Shown here: positions 51,112 through 60,110 of the stretch, in pieces
Layout: every line of letters begins with the position of its first letter
Numbering within the stretch: the stretch's first letter is position 1
Assembly: GCA_963674755.2 (NCBI GenBank)
Contig: CAXXVS010000001.1
Span: forward strand, 544,001 to 608,000
DNA: 64,000 bases
Origin: Desulfobacterales bacterium
GTDB lineage: Bacteria > Desulfobacterota > Desulfobacteria > Desulfobacterales > UBA5852
Direction of reading: 5' to 3'
Position numbers and translations under genes: made by a program
The notes under the pieces: generated by a model
Database searches by the model: none
What the model saw: the letters and a program-made list of their open reading frames with translations, nothing else
Told to the model about the DNA's origin: nothing

Positions 51112-52412
51112 GCGCGGCCGTCGTGGGACTTCTGGGCATCGCCGTTCTGCTGGCGGTGTTGTTCCTGCTGGGCATGCCGGTGGGTATCGCCATGGCCATG
51201 GTGGGCTTTGGCGGCTTCTGCTACCTCGTGTCCTTCAATGCGGGCCTCCACATGCTCAGTTCGGTCTTCTGGGACACCTTTTCCACCTACGGCCTGACCG
51301 TGATTCCCCTGTTTATTTTCATGGGGCAGGTGGCCTTTTATTCCGGCGTCAACGAAAAGCTTTACCGGGCGGCCTATAAATGGGTGGGGCATATCCGCGG
51401 CGGGATTGCCATGGCCACGGTGCTGGCCTGCTCCGCCTTTTCCGCCATATGCGGGTCCAATGCCGCCACGGCCGCCACCATGACCACGGTGGCCCTGCCC
51501 CAGATGCGCAAATACCACTATCACCCCAAGTTGAGCACCGGCGCCATTGCCTGCGGCTCTACCCTGGGGGTGGTGATTCCGCCCAGCGTGGTCCTGATCG
51601 TCATCGGGTTGTCTACCGAGCAGTCCATTGCCCGGCTCTTCTACGGCGGCATCGGTGCCGGGATGTTGCTGACCCTGACCCTGATGGCCACGGTGGTTGC
51701 GGTGTGCCGCCGGCATCCGGACTGGGGCCCCGTGGGCCCCCCCACCACCTGGGGGGAGCGCTGGCGGTCGCTCTACGGGGCGTTGGAGATGGTGGTATTG
51801 TTTCTGCTGGTGATGCTGGGCCTGTTCTTCGGCGTGTTCACGCCCACGGAGGCCGGTGCGGCCGGAAGCCTGCTGGCGCTTCTGATTGCCGGGGTCCAGG
51901 GCCGCCTGAGCTGGAAGGGGTTTCTGGCATCGGTTAGGGATACCCTGAAAATTTCCTGCATGGTGATCGTGATCGTGACGGGCGCCATGGTGTTTGGCCG
52001 GTTTTTAGCCGTCACCCGCATTCCCTTCGACATCGCCGACTGGGTGGTGGGGCTGCCGATTCCCAAGGTCGCGGTGATGGGGATTATCTTTCTGATCTAT
52101 ATCATCGGCGGGGCGGTTATGGATGCCCTGGCGCTGCTGCTGATCACCATCCCGATTTTCTTTCCGGTGGCCTCTGAACTGGGATATGACCCCATCTGGT
52201 TCGGGGTGACCATTACGGTGGTGACCACCCTGGGGGCGGTGACACCGCCCGTGGGGGCCACGACCTACGTCGTGGGAGGCATGGCCGGTGATATCCCCCT
52301 GGAGGATGTCTTCCGGGGGGTGGCCTATTTCCTGCCGGCCTATATCGTCTGCATCCTGATTTTGATGATGGTGCCGGAGATCGTTACGTTTATGCCGCAT
52401 CTTTTACGGTGA
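51108..52412 (+). CDS. dctM: TRAP transporter large permease
   Basis: IPLFIFMG, GSNAATA, IPPS, FTPTEAG, TPPVG. Confidence 0.93.
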   Translation: MSAAVVGLLGIAVLLAVLFLLGMPVGIAMAMVGFGGFCYLVSFNAGLHMLSSVFWDTFSTYGLTVIPLFIFMGQVAFYSGVNEKLYRAAYKWVGHIRGGIAMATVLACSAFSAICGSNAATAATMTTVALPQMRKYHYHPKLSTGAIACGSTLGVVIPPSVVLIVIGLSTEQSIARLFYGGIGAGMLLTLTLMATVVAVCRRHPDWGPVGPPTTWGERWRSLYGALEMVVLFLLVMLGLFFGVFTPTEAGAAGSLLALLIAGVQGRLSWKGFLASVRDTLKISCMVIVIVTGAMVFGRFLAVTRIPFDIADWVVGLPIPKVAVMGIIFLIYIIGGAVMDALALLLITIPIFFPVASELGYDPIWFGVTITVVTTLGAVTPPVGATTYVVGGMAGDIPLEDVFRGVAYFLPAYIVCILILMMVPEIVTFMPHLLR

Positions 52413-52628
52413 CGCGGATAGCCGGTCGCCGAAGCGGGCTCACCCGCTGTCAAAAAAAGCTTGAAGGGATGGCCGTGGGCTGATAGGGACGTTTGAAAAA
52501 TTTTTGAAAGCCATGTCATCCCACCGTTTGCGGCGGGGTGTCCGGGACCGATTTGAGCCCGAACCGTTTTCTTCAACCTGTGCGAGCAATTGGTAGCCTC
52601 CACGGAACGGTTCGGGCTCTCCTTTTTT

Positions 52629-52755
52629 AGACGGGTTCGTAAAACAACCAATCTCCGCGTTACGCGGCATTTTGAATTGCTGCGGCGTACCTGATGTACG
52701 CCTCACAATTCAAAACACCGCAAGCCTTGACCTTGGCCGTTTTACGAACCCGTCT
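52629..52755 (+). repeat. Palindromic intergenic element (copy C)
   Basis: Perfect 17-bp IR AGACGGGTTCGTAAAAC / GTTTTACGAACCCGTCT; core TGCGGCGTAC-CTGAT-GTACGCCTC; GCCTTG. Confidence 0.8.
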
Positions 52756-52832
52756 TTTTTCTGGGGTTAATGGGAACGCAAGGAACAGATCCACTTTCAG
52801 CGGTGGGTGTAATCCCGAAAGAAGAGGAATAG

Positions 52833-52978
52833 TGTACCCGCTTCAGAAATGAGGATTTTTAGTTCTGATCAAGGCCCGACGAGGGTTTGTGGTGAGGCGT
52901 ACGCCAGTACGCCGCAGCCGCAGAACCCGAGGAGAACGAAGATCAGGGCTAAAAATCCTCATTTCCGGAGCGGGTACA
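52833..52978 (-). repeat. Palindromic intergenic element (copy D, opposite orientation)
   Basis: ~30-bp terminal IR TGTACCCGCT..GAAATGAGGATTTTTAG; minus-strand core TGCGGCGTAC-TGGC-GTACGCCTC; GCCTTG. Confidence 0.8.
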
Positions 52979-52981
52979 AGG

Positions 52982-53971
52982 TTACCCGCCGATGGAGGAC
53001 ATGCGGGCGTCTACTTTTTGGCCGCCGGTCACCAGGCTGTGGGCCATGGGTTTGAGGCGGGCACCTTCCAGGAAGATGGCGGCCAGTTCCTTGTCGGAGG
53101 CGCCGGCCCGCAACGGACCAAGCAGATCGTATTCCCGGTTGGAAAGCAGGCAGGGGCGCAGTTTGCCGCCGGCGGTCAGGCGCAGCCGGTTGCAGGTGTC
53201 GCAAAAATGATGGCTCATGGGACTGATGAAGCCCACCTCGCCGGGCGCCCCGGGATAGCGGAAGCGGCGGGCGGGTCCGTCGTTTTCGCCGCGGGGTACC
53301 GGTTCCAGCGGGGCGATCCGCTCGACCCGGCGGCGCACTTCATCATTGGGCATGTAGGGATCGCCGGGCAGATTGGAATTGCCCATGGGCATATACTCGA
53401 TGAAACGCACTTGCAGGGGGCGGGTAAGGGTCAGGGCGGCGATATCCTCGAATTCGTCGTCATTGATGCCCCGCATGGCCACGACGTTGAGCTTGATGGG
53501 GTGAAAGCCCATGGCCTGGGCGGCTTCAATGGCCTCCCAGACCTGCTGGAAATGATCCCCCCCGGTGATTTCCTGGAAGCGTTGGCGTTGCAGCGTGTCG
53601 AGACTGATATTGAGCCGTTTGATACCGGCCGTCTGCAACGCGTCCAGATAGGGCTTGAGGAGCACCGCATTGGTGGTCAGGGCCATGTCGGTGAGGCCTT
53701 CCAACTGGCGGAGCTCTTCCAGAAAAGGCAGGAGATCGCGGCGGACCAGGGGCTCGCCGCCCGTAATGCGGACTTTGGTAATCCCCAGGGTGATGCCGAT
53801 GCGCAGGATACGCAGGATTTCCTCGTAGCGCAGGATTTCCTCATGGGCCATGCGGGGGATGCTTTCCCGCGGGACACAATAGGCGCAGCGCAGATTGCAG
53901 CGGTCGGTCACCGATACACGCAGGTAATTGAGCCGGCGGCGATAGCGATCATGTAACAAGGGTTTATGCAA
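52982..53971 (-). CDS. moaA: GTP 3',8-cyclase (Moco biosynthesis, radical SAM)
   Basis: YLRVSVTDRCNLRCAYC, TGGEP, FCDTCNRLR...C, C-terminal MSSIGG; TTG start inferred. Confidence 0.96.
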   Translation of the reverse strand: MHKPLLHDRYRRRLNYLRVSVTDRCNLRCAYCVPRESIPRMAHEEILRYEEILRILRIGITLGITKVRITGGEPLVRRDLLPFLEELRQLEGLTDMALTTNAVLLKPYLDALQTAGIKRLNISLDTLQRQRFQEITGGDHFQQVWEAIEAAQAMGFHPIKLNVVAMRGINDDEFEDIAALTLTRPLQVRFIEYMPMGNSNLPGDPYMPNDEVRRRVERIAPLEPVPRGENDGPARRFRYPGAPGEVGFISPMSHHFCDTCNRLRLTAGGKLRPCLLSNREYDLLGPLRAGASDKELAAIFLEGARLKPMAHSLVTGGQKVDARMSSIGG

Positions 53972-54079
53972 AGGCTTTCCTTTGAGCCTGAATTCGGGGG
54001 CCTGCCTAAAGCGACCCCTTTGCGGCGCAAGCCAGCAAGGGGCATCAATACCCCCGGGGAATCGACCTGTCAATCCAAA

Positions 54080-55099
54080 CTAAGCGGTCTCTTCCTCCGG
54101 TGCAAGCGACTTGGGTGGGGTTTTTACGGAAGCGGCGAATTTTTCCCGGTATTCGGGGATGCTGATCATGGGCGGCCGCTCGATGCCGACCATTTTGAGC
54201 ACTTCCGGCGTGATATCGTTTTTGACCAGCTGGTACTGGATCATCTCGTTATAAATATCATTTTTGAGTTCGATGAGGCCCAGATTCTCCAGCCGCTTGA
54301 GGAAGGTTTTGATCACCACGAACGACATGCGCCCCAGGGCCCGGGTGTCCTGGTTGCGATGCACCCGGCGCTCGAGATCCACCTGGGCGATGACATCCAG
54401 TCCCCATTTTTCACAGATATCCAGAATCATGCTGGTTTCCACCCCGTAGCCGATGGGGAAGGGGATGTTTTCAAACACCTCCCGATACCCCGCGTATTCC
54501 CCCGAAAGGGGCTGCAGGATCTGGGTCAGTTCCGGGAAGAACAGGGAAAAGAGGGGGCGGATGACCAGTTCGGTGACCCGCCCGCCCCCGGTGGGGCGGA
54601 TCTTGCTCTTGCCGATGGCGATCGGCCGATCATAAAAGGCCTTGGTGTATTTGATGCGGTCGTCCGTTAGCAGGGGCCCCAGCAGACCGTAGCAGAAGCG
54701 ATGGTGAATGTTTCTGATGTCGGCATCCAGATAGACGATGATGTCTCCGGTGGTGACATAGAGCGCCTTCCACAGGTTTTCCCCCTTGCCGCGATAGCCG
54801 CCATGGGCGGGCAGCAGTTTGTCGGCCAGGTAGACCTTGGCATCGAAGGATTCCGCGATGCTTACCGTCTGATCGGTGGAGCCTGAATCGATGACAACGA
54901 TTTCGTCCAGAAGGGGATAGCGCGTCATGAGTTCGGATTTCATGATGATGATTTCTTTGGCGATGGTGTTCTCTTCATTCAGGGTCGGCAGACAGAGGGA
55001 GATTTTGAGCCCTTTGCGCTGCTTTTCCTCGACCAGGCGGCCCAGATCGCTGAAGCGGCTGTAGTGAAAGGTATGGGAAGCCAGCCAGGAATTATTCAT
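54080..55099 (-). CDS. gpgS: Glucosyl-3-phosphoglycerate synthase (GT81)
   Basis: LPTLNEE, DSGS.D, GKGENLW, DAD, GGGRVTELV.RP, QPLSGEY, GYGVE, HRNQ. Confidence 0.9.
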   Translation of the reverse strand: MNNSWLASHTFHYSRFSDLGRLVEEKQRKGLKISLCLPTLNEENTIAKEIIIMKSELMTRYPLLDEIVVIDSGSTDQTVSIAESFDAKVYLADKLLPAHGGYRGKGENLWKALYVTTGDIIVYLDADIRNIHHRFCYGLLGPLLTDDRIKYTKAFYDRPIAIGKSKIRPTGGGRVTELVIRPLFSLFFPELTQILQPLSGEYAGYREVFENIPFPIGYGVETSMILDICEKWGLDVIAQVDLERRVHRNQDTRALGRMSFVVIKTFLKRLENLGLIELKNDIYNEMIQYQLVKNDITPEVLKMVGIERPPMISIPEYREKFAASVKTPPKSLAPEEETA

Positions 55100-56249
55100 C
55101 ACACACCCCGCTGTCGATGGCCTGCAGAACGCCGATGATCTGGGCGATACCCGTGAACATCGGCTCGATTTCCATTTGCGATTCGGGTTGGTGGTATTGT
55201 TGGCCGCGGGTCAGGCCCAGGGTGACGGCCGGGATTTTGCGGGACAGCAGGATGGAGAGCTCGGATTCGCTGGGTTCACCGATCGTGTGGATATCCAGGG
55301 CCTGCATGACTTGGCCGGCGGCTTTGACCAGGGGGTGGTTGTAGCGCAGCCGCGAGGAGGTGGCATTGCTGATCGTTTCCAGCTCCAGGCGGACGCCGAA
55401 TTCGTGGCGGATGCCGATGACCATATCCTTGATGTCTTCAAAGATGGCTTTGACCATCCAATCGGTGTCGCTTTGGATTTCCAGCCCCAGGGTGGCTTCA
55501 AAGGCGATGATGCCGTGTTTCTGGCCGCCTCGGATTTTGCCGATGATGACCCGGCTGCGGGGTTTCTGGGGCAGCCGAATGGCCATGATCTGGTTGATCA
55601 GTTCATGCAGCACCAGAATGGCGTTGGGTTTGAACCGGTAGGCGACCCCCTTTTCCTCGGAAATGTGGCAGGTGATGTCGCAGCGGATCATGCCTTCGGA
55701 ATAGTAGCTCAGGCGTCCCAGTTCGACCCCCTCCATGCAGATGGCCCCCCGGATGGGGGTCGGCCAGGTTTTCACCAGATGACGCATGCCCCGCAGGTTG
55801 CCTTTCCCCAGGGACTGAATGACGCCGGCCAGGATGATATCCGAGTCGAAGGTCAGGCCGAGGTGTTTGAAAATGGCGGACAGCGAGGCCAACACCCCCA
55901 CCGCGACCGAGTTGTCGAGCACACCGGCGCCCCGGATGGTGTCGGCGGTGATGGTGTAGTTGTGGTCGATGTCTCTGGCAAACATGGTGTCTAGGTGGGC
56001 CACCAGCAGGATGGGCGGCAGGTCGCTTTTTTGGCCGCGGATAATACCGATGGGATTTTGGTAGCCGTCGGTGGTGCACTCGTCCACATGGTTTTCCACC
56101 AGGCGGTCCATAAATTTGATGGCGCGCCGCTTTTCATGAAAGGTGGGCGCCGGAATCTGACCCAGGAAGACGATGTTGGCGATAATGGTTTCGCGGATGC
56201 GTCGTATGGCTTCGGTATAAGCGGCAAGATTTTTAAGATAGGGTGGCAT
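55092..56249 (-). CDS. M20/M25/M40-like metallopeptidase-fold protein
   Basis: IPAPTFHE, AHLDT, GAGVLDN, C-terminal HQPES; the usual EE motif reads QS; RBS AGGAG. Confidence 0.8.
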   Translation of the reverse strand: MPPYLKNLAAYTEAIRRIRETIIANIVFLGQIPAPTFHEKRRAIKFMDRLVENHVDECTTDGYQNPIGIIRGQKSDLPPILLVAHLDTMFARDIDHNYTITADTIRGAGVLDNSVAVGVLASLSAIFKHLGLTFDSDIILAGVIQSLGKGNLRGMRHLVKTWPTPIRGAICMEGVELGRLSYYSEGMIRCDITCHISEEKGVAYRFKPNAILVLHELINQIMAIRLPQKPRSRVIIGKIRGGQKHGIIAFEATLGLEIQSDTDWMVKAIFEDIKDMVIGIRHEFGVRLELETISNATSSRLRYNHPLVKAAGQVMQALDIHTIGEPSESELSILLSRKIPAVTLGLTRGQQYHQPESQMEIEPMFTGIAQIIGVLQAIDSGVCDE

Positions 56250-56619
56250 GGGGTCTCCTATCCGCACAGATTCCCGCGGTTCCGGCATGGCAACCTCACG
56301 CAGACAAGGTCGGGCTCAACAGAATCGCCGAAGGCGGTCGCCTGAAGGGCCTTTTTCAAAACATCAAGACCAAGGGCCCGGGTCGGTTTATCCCTGTTGG
56401 GTAATCCGGCTGTTGAGCGGCCTGGGATCACCACTTGTCGATTTGATAGCGGTCTGGTACGAGGGGGGCCACAGAGCGAACGACCGGCCCGGCGAAGGTC
56501 ATGGACAGCTTCAGAGAGTTCTTGCGCGAGAATACACCAGATAGACACGGGAGGTCAATGCCTGGCTTCGGCTGCGGCCGGATCATCGCCGGCAGTCGGG
56601 TTTGCCGCCAAACATCTGA

Positions 56620-58143
56620 TCAGCGGGCCGTAAAAAAAGCCTCGATGGCCTGGCAAAGTCCCGGGATGGTATATTCGTCAGCCGTAATATCCACTTGAAA
56701 TCCCAGGGATTCGGCCGTTTCGGTGGTGATGGGGCCGATGCTGGCAATGTGCACGTCGGCCATGAGCTGATCCCGGCGGTCGGGGGGCAGCAGCTGGTTG
56801 AAATGCCGGACGGTGGAAGAGCTGGTAAAGGTCACCATGGCGACCCGGCCGTTTTCCAGGTCCGCGATCAGCTCGGTCGCCCCGGTGGTGACCGGCCGGG
56901 TGTGATAGATGGCGATTTCGTCCACTTGGGCGCCCAGGCGCCGCAGTTCTTCCGGCAATATCGGGCGGGCTTCGGCCGCCCGGGGCAGCAAAACCCGCCG
57001 GCCGGTCATATCCTCGCTGCTGAAAGCCTCGATCACCGCTTCAGCCCGGTAGCTTTCCGGTAGGATGTCGCTGCACAGGCCCCGCCGCCGCAGGCGTTCG
57101 GCCGTGGCCGGACCGATCACGGCCGTGCGTATCTGGGCAAGCGCCCGCACATCCCGGCCCTGGGCAAAGAGCCGGTCGAAAAAGATGTCCACCCCGTTGA
57201 CGCTGGTGAAGATCAGCCAGTCGTAAGTCGCCAGGGCTGCGATGGCCTGATCCAAGGCGGCGGTATCTTCGGCGGGCATCACCGCGATGGTGGGGTATTC
57301 CAGGCAGCGGGCCCCCAAGGCGGACAATCGTTCCACCAGGTCGCTGGCCTGGGCCCGGGCCCGCGTTACGACGATCGTGCGGCCGAACAGGGGACGTGTC
57401 TCAAACCACTGCAGGCGCTCGCGCAGACCCACGACCCTGCCGATGACGATGATCGCCGGGGCTTGCATGCCGGCCTGTTGCGCGATAGCCACAATCGTGT
57501 TCAGGGTGCCGGTGACGGTCTGCTGGCGCGGGGTCGTGCCCCAGCGAATCAAGGCCACCGGTGTCTCAGGGGGCATGCCGTTGTCCTGCAGACGGGCCGT
57601 GATCAGGGGCAGGTTCTTGACCCCCATGAAAAAGACCAGAGTTCCCATGCCGGTGGCCAGCGCCTGCCAGTCGATGCTGGAGCTGTCCTTGGTGGGATCC
57701 TCGTGGCCGGTCACGAAGGCCAGGGTGGAGGTGAAATCCCGGTGTGTCAGAGGAATTCCGGCATAGGCGGCGCCCGCCACGGCCGATGTCACCCCGGGCA
57801 CCACCTCGAAGGGGATGCCGGCGGCGACCAGCTCTTCGGCCTCTTCCCCGCCCCGTCCGAAAATATAAGGGTCACCGCCCTTCAGGCGGGCCACAACGCA
57901 CCCCTGCCGGGCTTTGTCGACAATCAGTTGGTTGATGCCGCCCTGGGGCAGGGTGTGATCCCCCCCTTTTTTGCCCACGTAAATCATTTCGGCCTGCGGT
58001 GCGGCATGGGCCAGCAAGGCCGGTGCGGCCAGATAGTCGTAAACAACCACGTCGGCCGCCTGGATGCAGGCCTGGCCCTTGACCGTAATCAGTCCGGGAT
58101 CCCCGGGGCCGGCCCCGATGAGGTAGACTTTGCCTGTTTTCAT
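56620..58143 (-). CDS. cobA: Uroporphyrinogen-III C-methyltransferase / uroporphyrinogen-III synthase fusion (CobA-HemD)
   Basis: GAGPGDPGL, RLKGGDP..FGRGGEE; then VTRAR, FTSVNGV, FTSSSTV, IGPIT. Confidence 0.95.
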   Translation of the reverse strand: MKTGKVYLIGAGPGDPGLITVKGQACIQAADVVVYDYLAAPALLAHAAPQAEMIYVGKKGGDHTLPQGGINQLIVDKARQGCVVARLKGGDPYIFGRGGEEAEELVAAGIPFEVVPGVTSAVAGAAYAGIPLTHRDFTSTLAFVTGHEDPTKDSSSIDWQALATGMGTLVFFMGVKNLPLITARLQDNGMPPETPVALIRWGTTPRQQTVTGTLNTIVAIAQQAGMQAPAIIVIGRVVGLRERLQWFETRPLFGRTIVVTRARAQASDLVERLSALGARCLEYPTIAVMPAEDTAALDQAIAALATYDWLIFTSVNGVDIFFDRLFAQGRDVRALAQIRTAVIGPATAERLRRRGLCSDILPESYRAEAVIEAFSSEDMTGRRVLLPRAAEARPILPEELRRLGAQVDEIAIYHTRPVTTGATELIADLENGRVAMVTFTSSSTVRHFNQLLPPDRRDQLMADVHIASIGPITTETAESLGFQVDITADEYTIPGLCQAIEAFFTAR

Positions 58144-59075
58144 GAAGGGAGTTCCATCTGTAAACGGTCCAGAATCGGGCCCGCGCCTTGCGCGAGGAGG
58201 TGCTCGGCCAGGGCCAGCCCGATGGCTTGCGCCTCGGCCGCGGGACCGTCCAGGGTGTGACGCACCATGGTCCGGCCGTCGAGGTCGGCCACCAGCCCGC
58301 TCATGCGGAGACGATCGCCATCCAGGGTGGCATGCCCGGCAATGGGCACCTGGCAGCCCCCCTCCAGGCGGGCCAGGAAAGCCCGCTCGGCCAGGATGGC
58401 CCGGCGGGTGGGGGCATGGTCCAGGGAAGCCATCAGGGGCGCCATCACGGGATCCGCGTCGCGCGTCTCGACGCACAGGGCGCCCTGCCCCACGGCGGGC
58501 AGCATGACCTCCGGCGCCAGGATTTCGGTGATGCGATCCGCCAGACCCAGGCGCTTGACCCCGGCGGCGGCCAGCACGATGGCATCCATTTGTCCTTCGT
58601 CCAATTTGCGCAGGCGCGTGTCCAGGTTGCCCCGCAGGGGAACGATGACCACATCCGGCCGGGCGTGTTGCAGCTGGGCGGCCCGCCGGAGGCTGCTGGT
58701 GCCGATGCGGGGGGCCTGGCCCAGTTGGTCCAGGGTCACACCTTCACGCGTAATCAGCACGTCCAGCGGTGTTTCCCGCTCCGGAATCGCGCCAATGCAC
58801 AGACCGGCCGGTATCTCGGCCGGCATGTCCTTCATGCTGTGTACGGCAAGGTCGACCCGACCCGCCAGCAGCGCTTCCTCGATCTCTTTGACGAAAAGAC
58901 CTTTGCCACCCACTTTGGCCAGGGGGACGTCCAGAATTTTATCCCCCTTGGTTTTGATGACGTTCAGGGCGACCCGGGTCCCGGGATGGAGGGTTTCCAG
59001 ACGGTCTTTGATCCAGTTGGCCTGCCAAAGGGCCAGTTTGCTGCCCCGCGTTCCGATGGTAACCGTGGATCCCAT
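58140..59075 (-). CDS. hemC: Hydroxymethylbilane synthase
   Basis: GTRGSKLALWQ, HSMKD, GTSSLRR, RGNLDTR, GGCQVP. Confidence 0.97.
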   Translation of the reverse strand: MGSTVTIGTRGSKLALWQANWIKDRLETLHPGTRVALNVIKTKGDKILDVPLAKVGGKGLFVKEIEEALLAGRVDLAVHSMKDMPAEIPAGLCIGAIPERETPLDVLITREGVTLDQLGQAPRIGTSSLRRAAQLQHARPDVVIVPLRGNLDTRLRKLDEGQMDAIVLAAAGVKRLGLADRITEILAPEVMLPAVGQGALCVETRDADPVMAPLMASLDHAPTRRAILAERAFLARLEGGCQVPIAGHATLDGDRLRMSGLVADLDGRTMVRHTLDGPAAEAQAIGLALAEHLLAQGAGPILDRLQMELPS

Positions 59076-59305
59076 CAGTGACCGCAGCCCGCGCAGCTCG
59101 AGGCGCTGCAGCCGCCGCAGGAAGATGTGGCGGCCGAAGACCGGACGGTTTCACCACCGGATCCCTTGCTGTAGAATCCGCAGGTCGACATCAGGCGGCA
59201 GACCTTCTTGCTTTGGCATTCGGTGCATTCCGGCTCGGGTTTCCCGATGACCAGATATTCGAAGGTCTTGCCGCAGTCTTGGCATTGGTATTCGTAAATC
59301 GGCAT
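59075..59305 (-). CDS. FmdB family zinc ribbon protein with Cys-rich tail
   Basis: MPIYEYQCQDC...CTEC; tail CGGCSASSCAGCGH. Confidence 0.9.
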   Translation of the reverse strand: MPIYEYQCQDCGKTFEYLVIGKPEPECTECQSKKVCRLMSTCGFYSKGSGGETVRSSAATSSCGGCSASSCAGCGH

Positions 59306-59458
59306 GGAGCATCTCCTTGTACATTGTGCGGCCTTACTTTCACAAACGGCGGAAGGGGCGCGCCGCCCCCTCGGGGTTTCGACTCAACCGGTGCCCCTCT
59401 TTACACAGCTTTCCCCGTTTTGGCAAGACACACGCGGCATCGATACGACCGTCGGCGT

Positions 59459-60052
59459 TCATTGCTGATCAGGTGCGGAGGGCCCTTTCGGGAACAGGAT
59501 CGTGTCCACCAACTGGCAGAGGATGTGGCCCATGAGGATATGCGTTTCCTGGATCCGGGCCGTGGTGGCCGAAGGGACCGCCAAAAGAAGGTCGCTCACC
59601 TCCTCTAGGGTCCCCCCTTTCCCGGTCATTCCCAGGCAATGCAACCCCAATTCACGGGCCTCTTGCAAGCCGGCCACGACATTGGGCGAATTGCCGCTGG
59701 TACTGATGCCCCAGGCCACGTCGTCCCGTCTTCCGAGGGCCTGAATCTGTTTGGCGAAGATCAGGTCAAAGGCGTAATCGTTGCCGATGCTGGTGATGAT
59801 CGAGCTGTCCGTGGTCAGGGCCAGGGCCGCCAGGGGAGGGCGTTCGATCTGAAAGCGGTTGACGAATTCCGCCGCCAGGTGCTGGGCGTCCGCGGCGCTG
59901 CCGCCGTTGCCGAAAAGGAGGATCTTATGGCCGGAGGCCACACAGGTGGCCAGCATGTCGGCGGCCTGGATCAATCGTTCCATCTGGTCCGTGACCGCCT
60001 GCTTTTTGGTGGCCAGGCTGTCTTCCAGAATGGCCTTAATCATATCGTTCAT
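59459..60052 (-). CDS. gmhA: Phosphoheptose isomerase (SIS domain)
   Basis: GNGGSAADAQH.AAE, NDY, STSGNS, RIQE.H. Confidence 0.95.
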   Translation of the reverse strand: MNDMIKAILEDSLATKKQAVTDQMERLIQAADMLATCVASGHKILLFGNGGSAADAQHLAAEFVNRFQIERPPLAALALTTDSSIITSIGNDYAFDLIFAKQIQALGRRDDVAWGISTSGNSPNVVAGLQEARELGLHCLGMTGKGGTLEEVSDLLLAVPSATTARIQETHILMGHILCQLVDTILFPKGPSAPDQQ

Positions 60053-60110
60053 GGGTGGGGGGATGTTCTCCTTCGATGTTGATTTCCGTCGGCCGGTTCG
60101 GGGGTCCGTT

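Noticed and set aside
56340..56520. 6S RNA or a known riboswitch
   Set aside because: Only partial long-range pairing; no diagnostic conserved motifs recognised by eye
39537..59305. Selenoprotein candidates given selA (peroxiredoxin, FmdB protein, DUF362 remnant)
   Set aside because: Redox and metal positions are Cys codons; no in-frame TGA with continued homology was seen
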